DNA of 64,000 nt, taken from assembly GCA_963668695.2 (NCBI GenBank), contig CAXXLQ010000004.1, forward strand, positions 3,488,001 to 3,552,000, read 5' to 3'. Origin of the DNA: Vicinamibacteria bacterium. Its GTDB lineage: Bacteria; Acidobacteriota; Vicinamibacteria; Marinacidobacterales; Marinacidobacteraceae. Made by a program: the position numbers and the translations under genes. The notes under the pieces were generated by a model. That model saw only the letters and a list, made by a program, of their open reading frames with translations, was not told the origin of the DNA and searched no databases. Of the stretch, positions 11,207 through 21,253 are shown piece after piece (the first letter of the stretch is position 1; the number at the start of each line of letters is the position of its first letter).

Positions 11207-11383
11207 GCCAGCAACGCTAACACGAACGTGTGGTCTACGCTGACCCCGATGTGCTGGTCACCGCGGCCGATGCGCCCGAGTACCGCTAAGGCCCAGCGGA
11301 CGCACATCCCCACTCGCGTAACGAGAGCATTTCCCGTCATGGGGACATCGGTGATCCGCCCTAGCGAATCGAAGGCATCTGCC

Positions 11384-11681
11384 ACCGAATGCCGGATTCG
11401 CCCGACTCCTCTCCGTGCTCGCCCTCGGAACCGTGTTCGTCACCCGAGTCGTGTCCTTCCCCCTCGTCGCTCTCGTGCCACGGCGCCGGTTCAGGTTCGA
11501 ACTCGAGACTCGTTAGCTGTTCCGCCTCATGCTCCGCCGACGACTCCCGGTCGCCATGCTCTTCCGAAACCTCGGCGCCACTCCCACATCCGGAAAGACT
11601 CACGAGAGAGAGCGCAGCCAAGACCGCGGCACAGAACAGAACCCTGGATGGAACCCGCCACCCGGAATCACCGGTTCTCAT
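11384..11681 (-). pseudogene. N-terminal half of the split His/Glu-rich lipoprotein
   Basis: Lipobox LSGC followed by HDSGDEHGSEGEHGEESGESGIR. Confidence 0.75.
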
Positions 11682-11803
11682 CAGACAGGTGATGGTAGCC
11701 CCGCTTCGTCGGGCGACCGCGACGGAAGCCGCCGAGAGCACCGGTTGTAGTCTTTCCCCCACTAACGATGACGCGCATCGCACACGCGAAAGGCCGAGCG
11801 GGG

Positions 11804-12895
11804 ATGCGGCGCTGTGCCATCAGTTTCACAGCCGCCGTTCTTCTCGGCTCCGCCGGATGCTGGACCTCCGGCGAGGACCCGAAAGAGTTGACCGCGGTCT
11901 CCTGGGGCGGTTTCTACACGGAGGCCAGCGTGCATGCCTACTACCGGCCCTTCGAGGAGAACACCGGGTTCGCGGTTCGGCAGGTGCGGTACAGCGGCGG
12001 CCTCGAGGAAATCCGGGAACAGGTGGCTTCCGGCGACGTGGAGTGGGATGTCGTGGACCTGGAGATCTTTGACGCAGTGCGCGGCTGCGAGGAAGGCCTC
12101 CTGGAGCCGATCCCATGGGTCATGCTGGCGCCGGCTCCGGACGGCACCCTTGCCGAGGACGACTTCCTGGAGGACACGACAACGGAGTGCGGCATCGGCG
12201 CCTCGGTGTACTCGATGGTCTACGCCTACGACGAGAATCGCTTCCCCGACGCAGAACCCACCACGATCGCGGACTTCTTCGACTATGAGCGTTTCCCGGG
12301 GCCCCGCGGAATGCGGCGTTCTCCGCAGGTCAATCTGGAGTTTGCGCTGATGGCCGACGGCGTGCCGGCGGCGGAGGTCTACGCATCGCTCCGCACGCCA
12401 GCCGGGCGGGAGAGAGCGTTTCGCAAACTGGACAGCCTGCGGGACCACATCCGGTGGTGGGTAGAGCCGCGTGTTGCGGTCGAGATGCTCGCCGATGGCG
12501 ATGTCGCCATGACGACCTCATTCAACGGCCGGATGTTTCATGCCCGGTTCGTGGACGGACACCCGTTCCGGATCGTCTGGCACGGGCAGGTCCTCCAGAT
12601 TGGCCAGTTGGGGATCGTTCGCGGAACGCCGAGGCTCTCGCAGGCGTTCCGCTTCATCCGCCTCGCCTCTTCCACCGAGGCCATTGCGACGCTCGCCCGC
12701 CGTACGGCTTACAGTCCTTCGCGGGAATCCGCATTTCCGTTGGTCACGACCCACGTGGAGTCGGGAGTGGACCTGCGGCCTCACCTGCCAACCGCGCCGG
12801 AACACCTGGAGCACGCCCTCCGCAGCGACTGGCGCTGGTGGAGCGACAACCTCGACGAGATGGACGAGCTCTTCCGCGCCTGGCTCGACAGGTAG
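11804..12895 (+). CDS. ABC transporter substrate-binding lipoprotein (PotD/polyamine-like), orphan
   Basis: Lipobox SAGC; VSWGG, VEWDVVD, DFFDYERFPGPRGMR; no permease or ATPase adjacent. Confidence 0.88.
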   Translation: MRRCAISFTAAVLLGSAGCWTSGEDPKELTAVSWGGFYTEASVHAYYRPFEENTGFAVRQVRYSGGLEEIREQVASGDVEWDVVDLEIFDAVRGCEEGLLEPIPWVMLAPAPDGTLAEDDFLEDTTTECGIGASVYSMVYAYDENRFPDAEPTTIADFFDYERFPGPRGMRRSPQVNLEFALMADGVPAAEVYASLRTPAGRERAFRKLDSLRDHIRWWVEPRVAVEMLADGDVAMTTSFNGRMFHARFVDGHPFRIVWHGQVLQIGQLGIVRGTPRLSQAFRFIRLASSTEAIATLARRTAYSPSRESAFPLVTTHVESGVDLRPHLPTAPEHLEHALRSDWRWWSDNLDEMDELFRAWLDR

Positions 12896-12904
12896 CGAGA
12901 CCCC

Positions 12905-12960
12905 GGGAACGCCGGTGTTCACACCGGCATCGCGGCCGGCAGGGCCGCGAAACGCGCGGG
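12905..12960. repeat. REP-like family B copy (cassette-free)
   Basis: gggaacgccggtgttcacaccggcatcgcggcc...ccgcgaaacgcg. Confidence 0.75.
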
Positions 12961-13002
12961 CCGCCACGCATCCGGATGGCGCGCAGGCGAGGGAACCTCT
13001 GG

Positions 13003-13266
13003 TCGGCACCGTGGCCCGCCGGGGCCGCGAAACGCGCTTCACCCGCGTCAGCGATGGCGCTCCCCGTGCTCGCCCTCACCAATCTCCCCATGCGTCGTCC
13101 AGGTCTCGAAGCGTTGGCCTGCGGCTGCCCAGCCGGACCGAACTCGTTTCCCGGGGGGCCAGGCTAATTCTGGACGTCGGACCGAGTTCGACCCCATTCG
13201 ACAAGTGCACCTCGACACGAACCCGCGAAACGGGCTCGGCCGCCGTGTTGACCACGGTCCCGGTGA
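13003..13266 (-). pseudogene. Second, degenerate copy of the lipoprotein 3' end (direct repeat of ~9630-9897)
   Basis: Aligns with the 9630-9897 segment with scattered substitutions and an indel. Confidence 0.85.
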
Positions 13267-13416
13267 CGGCAGGACTCCGGAGGAGACCTCAACATAGTTG
13301 TCGCCGCCAGCCGAGGGTTTTCCAGACCTTTCCGTCCTCATTTCGTAAGCGCCGGGCACCGCGCCACACGAGCTGCCGTAACTAGAAATTGTTTGCCCCG
13401 CGGGGGAGGCGGGACT

Positions 13417-15087
13417 TCAGTGGTGTTCGCGCAGGTAGTCGAGGATCTCCTGCATCACCCGGCAGTCCACCTCGTTGTATTCCTGAATCTCCTCCATCAA
13501 CTCGGTATCCGCCAGCCGGATCCCCTTCCGCCGGGCCTCCGCATCGCAGCGCCAGGCGCCGACCATCGCCCCCTGCCCGTCCACCTTCGAGTCGCCCCAC
13601 GAGGTCTCGATGAGTCCGCGTGCATGGAGGGCCTTGGCGACCGTTTTGAGTCCCAGGTCGTGCCCGCCGCAGACGAAGACCGGCTGTGCCCTGAAGACCC
13701 TCTTGAGGAGGTCGAACAAGTTCAGATCGCGCCATCCCTCATCCGGATGACGTTTCCGGGCTGATTCATACCAGGCGCGTTCCGCGTCGGCCCAGTGGAA
13801 GATTCTCGGGTGCTCAACACGGAAACGCCGACTCAACTCGTCCATGTGGTCGAGCCAGGCTTCGACGATCCGTGCCTCGCTGGCGGCGTCGAGCCGCTCC
13901 GCGACAAAGCATCGGAACTGCCAAGCGCCGTCCTCGACGTGTCCGCAGCCGATCATAGAGATCATCGCCTGACCGCCCGCCTGCGGGAAGGCGCTGAAGT
14001 CGTCATCGAGGTCGTTGACCGTCTCGAAGTCCACGAAGAACTCGAGCGGCGGCCTCTCGCGCCAGTGTCCCTCTTCGACCGTGACCCTCTCGGGCAGCAC
14101 CGCAGGCCCCGGCGGGTCTGGGTGGATCGCCTCCCGACGCTGGCGGGCGATGGACCTGATGGCATCGCTCCACGGCGCCGACGCATTCCCCGCAGGCTCA
14201 AGTTCCGGCACCGACGGCTCGGGCAGCGGACTCCAGCCCCCTCCCTCGCGGCGAAGCCTGCGGATCCATTCGGCAGCCTCGGTCGTCGTCTTTCGGAGAT
14301 CGTCGTCCATGGGAACCTGACCGAGCCGCTCCATGGCAACGTCACTGCGGATCTCGAACTTCTGCTTCTTGCGGGTGTACGTGTGTTCGTAACCGCGCCC
14401 GATAAGGAAGGCTCCGGGAGGGGTATAGCCCTGGAGGCGACCGAGCGCCGCGTTGTAGACGAAGAGCTGTCCCCTGTAGGCGGGCGTCGAAGTGCCATGG
14501 GTGAGCACGTTCTTACGACCTTTCCCCAGGCGGAGCTTCGTGAACTTGGCATCCAGGACGAGGTAGTGCCAGGGCCGATCCAACTCCGGCGCCGGCCGTT
14601 CGGCCTCCCCCGGCTCCAGATGATCGGGGAAGAGCCGTTCGAACACGTCTGACCGGATCAGGAAATCGGGCGCTCCGTAGGTGCCGTTTGCCGGGTTCCA
14701 GAGGATCGCCTGGTGGACGATCTCGCGCCCGTCCGCCAGCGCTTCGAGCGTTTCCTTCGCCTTGTTGAGGTCCTGGCTGTCGAGCCCGGAAGCTCCGATG
14801 CGGATCAGATCGCTACCGTTGGCAAGGTAGGCGGCCACCGCGTCTTCGAACGCGACGCCCTGGTCTGTGACGAAGCGAAAAAAGTCCAGCCGCTCGTCGT
14901 AGCCCGGGCGGGTGTCGTCCCGCTGGAATCCGTTGGCCTCGCCGTAGAGTTCCAACCAATCGCCCAGGGTGTTCTTCAGCAGATACCCGCGGAGCTTGGT
15001 GGCGGAGACCCACGCGTCCCAGTCCTCGCGGGTCCGGGGCGTCACGTCGTTGCCAGCGTCGTCGTGCGTCAGGTTGCGAAAGTTCAC
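13417..15087 (-). CDS. TM0106-like RecB/PD-(D/E)xK nuclease with C-terminal RNase H-like domain
   Basis: YGAPDFLIR...LVLDAKF...QLFVY; VDFETV...LGLKTVAK...YNEVDC. Confidence 0.8.
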   Translation of the reverse strand: MNFRNLTHDDAGNDVTPRTREDWDAWVSATKLRGYLLKNTLGDWLELYGEANGFQRDDTRPGYDERLDFFRFVTDQGVAFEDAVAAYLANGSDLIRIGASGLDSQDLNKAKETLEALADGREIVHQAILWNPANGTYGAPDFLIRSDVFERLFPDHLEPGEAERPAPELDRPWHYLVLDAKFTKLRLGKGRKNVLTHGTSTPAYRGQLFVYNAALGRLQGYTPPGAFLIGRGYEHTYTRKKQKFEIRSDVAMERLGQVPMDDDLRKTTTEAAEWIRRLRREGGGWSPLPEPSVPELEPAGNASAPWSDAIRSIARQRREAIHPDPPGPAVLPERVTVEEGHWRERPPLEFFVDFETVNDLDDDFSAFPQAGGQAMISMIGCGHVEDGAWQFRCFVAERLDAASEARIVEAWLDHMDELSRRFRVEHPRIFHWADAERAWYESARKRHPDEGWRDLNLFDLLKRVFRAQPVFVCGGHDLGLKTVAKALHARGLIETSWGDSKVDGQGAMVGAWRCDAEARRKGIRLADTELMEEIQEYNEVDCRVMQEILDYLREHH

Positions 15088-15359
15088 TTCGTCACATTAC
15101 AGGAGAAGACACCGCCCGGACGGACCATCACGCTACCCGCGGTTGACCATGGTTCCAGCCCGAAACGACCATGGCTTGGGCCGAACTGACCGGAGCGTCC
15201 GGTGTGTTTTGACCATGGTTCGCCCGGTTTGACCATGGTTCTCCTCGCGGCATCGGAGAGCACCGCATTCCATTGAATGCGATTCAGATATAGATCACCT
15301 GATGATCGGTGCGATAGCGCGTACCCTCGGTCGGAGACCGAATACCGAGAGGTAACGTA

Positions 15360-15617
15360 ATGACAACCGTGCGCAAGACCATCACCCTGACCAGCCAGCA
15401 GGACCAGCGGGTCAAGGCCCAGATTGCTGCCGGCCGTTTCACCAACGACAGCGAGTACATCCGCGACCTGATCCGGCGCGACCGCGAGCGGAACACGTCC
15501 TTCCACGTTCTCCAGACCGCAATTCGGGAGGGGCTGGAAAGCGGCGTGAGCGAACGAACCATCCCGGAGATCGCCGAGGAAGCCGGAGCACGGCTTCGGC
15601 GCGATGGCCGCCGATAG
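15360..15617 (+). CDS. parD: ParD-family antitoxin
   Basis: KTITLT...QIAAGRFTNDSEYIRDLIR...LQTAIREGLESG. Confidence 0.9.
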   Translation: MTTVRKTITLTSQQDQRVKAQIAAGRFTNDSEYIRDLIRRDRERNTSFHVLQTAIREGLESGVSERTIPEIAEEAGARLRRDGRR

Positions 15618-15665
15618 GCTGGCGCCCGCTCGCGACGCGTGATCTCGGTCCGGAGATATCTGCCG
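15604..15665 (+). pseudogene. ParE toxin N-terminal remnant
   Basis: ATG overlapping the parD end; MAADRLAP/LATRDL across a frameshift resembles a ParE N-terminus, then similarity is lost. Confidence 0.4.
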
Positions 15666-16168
15666 GGAGTTACCCGCTGGCATATCTCCCGATCCCGGGG
15701 ATCGCCCAGTCCTGTCTGTCGCCGGGCACCAGTGACGCCGACGAGATGACCATGGCCGGATGCGGATTGACCATGGCTCGATGCGGATTGACCATGGCTC
15801 GGTGCGAAATGACCATGGCTCCCAGCCACTGATCGGGTTTCTGACCGGAGTTCTCGAAAGCCGATGCCGGCTTCTCCTCGATACCGGCTCCGGAATCGAA
15901 ATCCGGGAGAAAACGGCCGGAATTGCCGGATTCAGGCCGGCTACCGCCGGATATTGCCGGTAGGAGCCGGATACAGCCGGGAACCGCGAAAACGTCGAAA
16001 TTCGGAAGAAACAAGGCGGAATTCGGCTATTGACCATGGCTTTTTCGGCAAATCCGCGCTTTGACCATGGCTCCCGACGCGTTTGACCATGGCTCGCCCG
16101 TTTGACCATGGCTCGCCTGGTTTGACCATGGCTCCCGGAAGAACGGGATTGCGCCGAAGGCGATCGAA

Positions 16169-17122
16169 TCAGGCGCCGGCCGCGCTATACGCCTGCTCCG
16201 GGTGGCTCTTGTTCTCGGGATGCCGGAGTCGCAGTTGTCCGGACTTCAGCATCGGGCGGAGGTGGCGCTTTTGCAGATTGCTCTCGTCCATGCCGAGCCA
16301 CTCCGCCAGCTCGCCCACCGTGGTCCACTCCCGGAAGGTGCAGATGTCGAGAATGAGCTGGCGGAGCGGTTTCGAGCGGCGGCGCTTCCCGAGCGCCCGG
16401 ATGCGTTCCCGGAAGACCTCGGGGAGTTCCCCGTTCGGATCTCCCGCCGGAAGCGCCGCTGCTTCGGACGTGGACTCGACGGGCGAGATGGTGGGTCCGC
16501 GGGAGGGGGCAGGGCGCGCGCTTTCCCCGAGTCGGCTACCCGCGGGTTTCGCGGCCCGGCGGGGCCGGCGGCCGGGTCTTTTGCGACTCGGGTGCGGACG
16601 CGGGCGCGGCGTGCTTCTTCCCATCTTCCGCACCGGTGATCGAGACAAGTTCTTCCCCGAGGTCTTCCACGCTCTCGGCGATGTCTTCGGCCTGGGTCCC
16701 GATCCGGGTGGTCCGGCTCCCGAAACGGCGCAGACCCTGGCCCATGCGCCGGAGCCTCGCGCCGCCGGCGTCGCGGCGGTCCCTGCCCCATTCGCCGAGC
16801 TTGCCGCCGATCTCTCCGGCCGCGTGCCCGACTTTCACTGCGCCGCGGGAGACGCGAGCGGCCGTGTTGCCCGCCTTTTCGATACCCCGGGCGATGGGGC
16901 CGGCGTTTTGGTCAAGCCACTTCCAGGCGGCGCGGATGCCGCGGCCAATCAGGCAGAGCCACGCCCAGATGCCCTGGACGATGCCCTGGATCCACGGCTG
17001 GCGGAAGAAGCGGCGGATCGCGCCGAGCCCGGGCGGGTCGGGCGGCCGACGCTCGACGACGTTTTCCCGGCGTCCGGCGGTTCGGCGCCCGAAGCCGGCG
17101 CGATCTGGGTCTCGCGATCCAT
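16169..17122 (-). pseudogene. Amphipathic-helix protein with C-terminal winged-HTH (Fic/RecG-C-like), at least two frameshifts
   Basis: MDRETQ... then GIWAWLCLIGRG...GEIGGKLGEW... then WTTVGELAEWLG...HLRPML...HPEQAY in three successive frames. Confidence 0.55.
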
Positions 17123-17124
17123 GT

Positions 17125-19949
17125 TCAGGGGCGGCGGACGCGCGGAGCCCGCCGGCGTCTGGTCTTCTTCTTGCCGCTGGCGACCAGCGGGGCGCGCACC
17201 CGCTCGTAGAGCATGAAGAGGTGCTCGACCCGCTCCCGCTCGGAGGAGAACTTGCGGGGCCGGTAGAGGCGGTCCACCGCGCGGTCGAGCGCCTGATGCG
17301 CGCGGCGGAGGTTCACCGGCATGAGGTCCGGGTCGTAGAGGTCCGCGAGCGTTGCGTCGGGGTGGGCGGCGCGGGCGTCGAGGACGGCCTGGGCGAGCGG
17401 GTCGAGCGGCGACAGGTCCGCCTCCTTCGGAGGAAGGGGGAAGGTGTTGTAGACCAAGCCGATTGAATATCGGTAGCGACTCTCCAGCCGCCCGCCGATA
17501 TGCCGCAACCACGCCATGTGCATGGCCGAGGTCAGCACGGCGAAATCTGCGAGGGTTGCATTCTCGAGAAAAGCACCAGATTGCTCGGGATGACGGGAGG
17601 CTCCAGCCAACCAATCGGCGCATAGTCGCGACGCTCCGAACTACCTTCGGGAACGACCAGGAAGGGCGCCGATGGCAGAACATTCACGTGGTAACGCGTC
17701 GGGTGTCGCAGCGAGATCGCGTGTTGGTTTGCTCCGGCTCGCCGCTCGCACCGCCTTGACCGCAGAGACCCGTCGGCGGACCTCCGGTAACAGCCGCAGC
17801 GTCTGGGGAGGCGCATCGTGAAGCGCCAGAATCCAGCGATCTCCTCCCTGCAGGAACTCCCGACTCCCAACGTAGGGCCGCAGAAACTGTGCAGCAGCAG
17901 GTTCCCTTGCGAGCAGATCGGCCCGCTCGTCGGCATCGAAGATGTAGTGGCCACCGTCTATCGGCTTGGACCCGATGATCAGCTTCGGCATCCCGTTGAT
18001 CGGCCGGCTCTCCCCCCGCACTACCGAGTGCGGATCGGCCAGCCCCCCGGCGTCGAACAGGTACGGCGACAGCACCGCATGCGGGCTCTCGTGCGGATCC
18101 CCTTTCACGTCCTCGTAGGAAAACAGCCGCCGCACCCCTGGCACCCCCTCCCGGTCATCAAGCCCGATGATGACGACGTGCACGTGCGCCATGCCCCGCG
18201 CGTCGGAGCCCCAGGCGAACGTCCGGTGCGCGTAGGCGATCTCGAGCCCACACCGGCCGAACAGAATCGGCCAGAGCTGCGCCACCTGCTCGCCCTGCGT
18301 GATCGAGTTGGTCGCGACGAAGCCGATCCGCGCGCGTTCCCCCGGCGGACCGCTCTTCCCTGGCTGTACTCGCCCGCCGTGATGAACCAGGCGGTCACGT
18401 AGTCGAGCGTCCCGCCGCTCCCGCCGAGCGCCGCAATCCGTCGCACCTGCGCCCGCTGTTCGGTTGACTGGAACTTGGCGCCCCCGAACGGAGGGTTCCC
18501 GAACACGAAGGAGCAGTCCTCTGCCGGCAGCAGGTCCTCCCAATCCATCTCCAGCGCGTCGGCGCAGCGGATGTGCGGCGACTGCTTGAGCGGGATCCGC
18601 GCGTAGGACTGGCCGAACTCCAGGCTGAGCTCGTTGTTCATCAGGTGGTCCATCATCCAGAGGGCCACCTCGGCGATCCGCGCCGGGAATTCACCGATCT
18701 CGATCCCGTAGAACTGGTTCACATCGAGTCGGGACAGCGACCCCACGTCCAGCCGGCTGGCGACGGCGCCGGTCTCATCGCGCTCGTGTTCCCGGATCAC
18801 CTGGAGTTCCAACCGGCGCAGCTCGCGGTAGGCGATCACCAGGAAGTTCCCGCAGCCGCAGGCCGGATCGAAGAACGTCAGTGTCCCGAGCCGCTCCTGG
18901 AACTCACGGAGCCGGGCTTTCCGCCCCCGCCGGAGCGCCTTGATTCGGGTGAACTCCTCCCACAAGTCGTCGAGGAAGAGCGGCTCGATGACCTTGAGGA
19001 TGTTCTGCTCGGTGGTGTAGTGCGCCCCCTGCGCCCGCCGTTCCGCCGGGGCCATCACCGATTGGAAGAGCGACCCGAAGATCGCCGGCGAGATGCTCGA
19101 CCAGTTGAAACGGCAGGCGGTCAGCAACTGCTCCCGCATTTCCGCATTGAAGTCGGGAATCCAGATCATGTCGGCGAACAGATCGCCGTTCACGTAGGGG
19201 AAGGCGGCGAGGTCCTCGTCGAGGGTGGCAGCACGCTGCCCTTCCGGGGTGTTCAGCACCTGGAAGATGCGCGCGAGCAGCGGCCCGAGGTCGGTCCCGT
19301 CCTCGCGGGTTCTCTCTTCCAGGAAGTCGAGCAGGATGTCCCGCGGCTCGAACACTCCGGTGTCGTCCGCGAAGAGGCAGAACACGATCCGGACCAGAAA
19401 GCGCTCGAGGTCGTGGCGGGGATAGCCGGCGTCCCGGAGCGAGTCGTGGAGCTTCCCGACCAGCTCCGCCGCCTCGATGTTCGCGGGGTCCTGATCGCGG
19501 AACGTCCGGCTCGCGACCCCGAGGATGAAGCCGAACTTCTCGACGTGCTCCGGCAACTGGTCGAGCCGGAAGGCGATCACGTCCCGCTGCAGCAGGTCGT
19601 GGAGTTCGAAGTGCTGGAAGTCGCTGGTCAGGATGTAGCGGGGCTTGTCGTGCTCCGGGAGCGCATCGAAGTAGCCCCCGGCCTGCTCGTAGGCCTTTGC
19701 CAGATCGCGGCCGGCGCTCTTCTGCTCGACGATCAGGACCCCGGGCCAGAAGAGGTCAATGAAGCCGCTCGTGTCATCGAGCTTCTTTACGCGCTCCTCG
19801 TAGCGGGCGACGGACTCCCGGCGCTTCCCGAAGATGCGGAAGAAGTCGTTGTAGAAGCTCTGGGTCTCGCCCTTCTCGTAACCGGCGTCCGCCCACTTCC
19901 TGGCGAAGGACGCGGCGCGGACGCGGATCTCGTTCCAGGAGAGGCGCAT
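17125..19949 (-). pseudogene. MmeI-like (type IIL/IIG) restriction-modification enzyme, three frameshifts (~18360, ~17702, ~17572)
   Basis: FIDLFWPGVLIVEQK nuclease motif; GAHYT; DPACGCGNF; GNPPF; ATNSITQGEQ; HMAWLRHIGGRLESRYRYS and LYDPDLMP C-terminus across four ORFs. Confidence 0.9.
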
Positions 19950-19980
19950 GCGGCGGCGTATTGTTTCAGGCGGCGCGGGT

Positions 19981-20348
19981 TAACAGCCTGTGGTGGAACC
20001 CGGGTGAGCGCCGAGGCCGGCGAGGCGCCCGGCTGACAAGGCGCGTGAGGGAGGAATACCTGGTGTATTTCGACCGAAACGCAACGATGAGCGGCGCGAA
20101 GCGACGCGGTGAACAGCCGGTGGTGGAACCCACGTGAGCGCCGAGGCCGGGGAGGCGCCCGGCTGACAAGGCGCGTGAGGGAGGAATACCGCGTGTATTC
20201 CGACCGAAACGCAACGATGAGCGGCGCGAAGCGACGCGGTTCAGCCGGGATGGATCGCCGGCCGAACGCCGCGTGGGTTTCATCACCGGTTGTTTGGCCG
20301 GGATGGATCGCCGGCCGAACGCCGCCTGGGTTTCACCACAGGCTGTTA
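19981..20348. mobile_element. MITE family A, composite copy without cassette
   Basis: TA-ACAGCCTGTGG...CCACAGGCTGT-TA termini with internal partial duplications. Confidence 0.85.
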
Positions 20349-20534
20349 TCGCTGGGGACGCTCCCCGCTGGCAGGAATGTGCCTCGCGCCGTGCGGACGA
20401 GCGACCCCTCCCTGCGCCACCGCGGGCTGAGGCCGACGGCCAGCAAATCCCGCCGCCCGGCTGGCCGAACGGCCTTGACTTACCGGGGTAATGAGAGTCA
20501 CAATGACGCCGAGCGCAACGTCGCAGTCCGGCAC

Positions 20535-20795
20535 ATGGAGAACAGTCGATCCAGGATCACCTCTCAGGGTCAGGTATCCATCCCGGTGCGAATCCGCCGC
20601 AAGCTGGGCCTGACGCCGGGCTCGACGGTCGAGTGGTGCGAGCGGGGACCCGAAGTAGTCGTACGCCGGGCGACAAGATTCTCGTCGCTGGACATTCACC
20701 GAGCAGTCTTCCCGTCACCGCCAGAGCCGAGAACCGTCGAAGAGATGGACGCGGGGATTCGGACCCGTCTGCGACGCCGGCATGCGCGCGCTTGA
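20535..20795 (+). CDS. AbrB/MazE/SpoVT-family antitoxin
   Basis: SRITSQGQVSIPVRIRRKLGLTPGSTVEW. Confidence 0.9.
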   Translation: MENSRSRITSQGQVSIPVRIRRKLGLTPGSTVEWCERGPEVVVRRATRFSSLDIHRAVFPSPPEPRTVEEMDAGIRTRLRRRHARA

Positions 20796-21162
20796 CACGA
20801 ACGTCCTGGTCCGGCTGATCGTGCGGGATGACCCAGATCAGGTGGCCCGCGCCGAGGCGTTCGTGGAGTCCGGGGCCTGGGTTTCCCTGATCGTGCTGGC
20901 TGAGGCCGTATGGGTGCTGCAGTCCGCGTATGAGCTGGACCGCGAGCGCGTCGCCACCGTCGTGAGCATGCTTCTGGACCACGACCGGCTCACGCTCCAG
21001 GACGAAGATGTGGTCCGCCGAGCCCACGAGACCTTCGGGGGCGAGCGCTCGGCCGGATTCTCCGACTGCCTCATTGTCGAAACCGCCCGCAAGGCAGGGC
21101 ACCGTCCCGTCGGGACGTTCGACCGGCGGCTGGCACGGGTGGAGGGAACCGAGCGGCTGTAA
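20782..21162 (+). CDS. vapC: VapC PIN toxin
   Basis: ALDTNVLVR, LAEAVWVL, FSDCLI, TFDR. Confidence 0.92.
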   Translation: MRALDTNVLVRLIVRDDPDQVARAEAFVESGAWVSLIVLAEAVWVLQSAYELDRERVATVVSMLLDHDRLTLQDEDVVRRAHETFGGERSAGFSDCLIVETARKAGHRPVGTFDRRLARVEGTERL

Positions 21163-21253
21163 CCCGCTTCGGATCGCTCCCGCGACCCAGCTTCCCCGAT
21201 CGGGCGATGGTCAGCATTGCGCCCATGGGCTGTCGCGCGCGAGGCCGATGCGC

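Larger units (their letters stand above)
9976..11383. mobile_element. ~1.4-kb foreign insertion (no clear TIR/TSD) with RHH gene, Cys/PE-repeat lipoprotein and a truncated ORF
   Basis: Removing it restores ...ESGIR-Y-GVAET... in frame; visibly more AT-rich than the flanks. Confidence 0.7.
15123..16135 (+). repeat. Three arrays of GACCATGG direct repeats (13 exact copies) plus a 10-bp-phased GCCGG run
   Basis: GACCATGG at 15145, 15167, 15211, 15231; 15748, 15769, 15790, 15811; 16032, 16063, 16085, 16104, 16124. GCCGG at 15916-15980. Confidence 0.9.

Noticed and set aside
15084-16109. 341-aa ORF with EPWS repeats
   Set aside because: Antisense to parD, composition dictated by the DNA repeats, no recognisable domain.
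15123-16135. Mini-CRISPR from the GACCATGG repeats
   Set aside because: The conserved core is only 8-12 bp and spacers are about 10 bp, far below CRISPR dimensions.
19966-20491. ORFs with QFSRWG / PPPGEL / GPVLPVGA / LTRRVRE peptides here and at 26.4, 29.3, 36.4 and 53.7 kb
   Set aside because: They are translations of the MITE and the 20-nt cassette, not genes.
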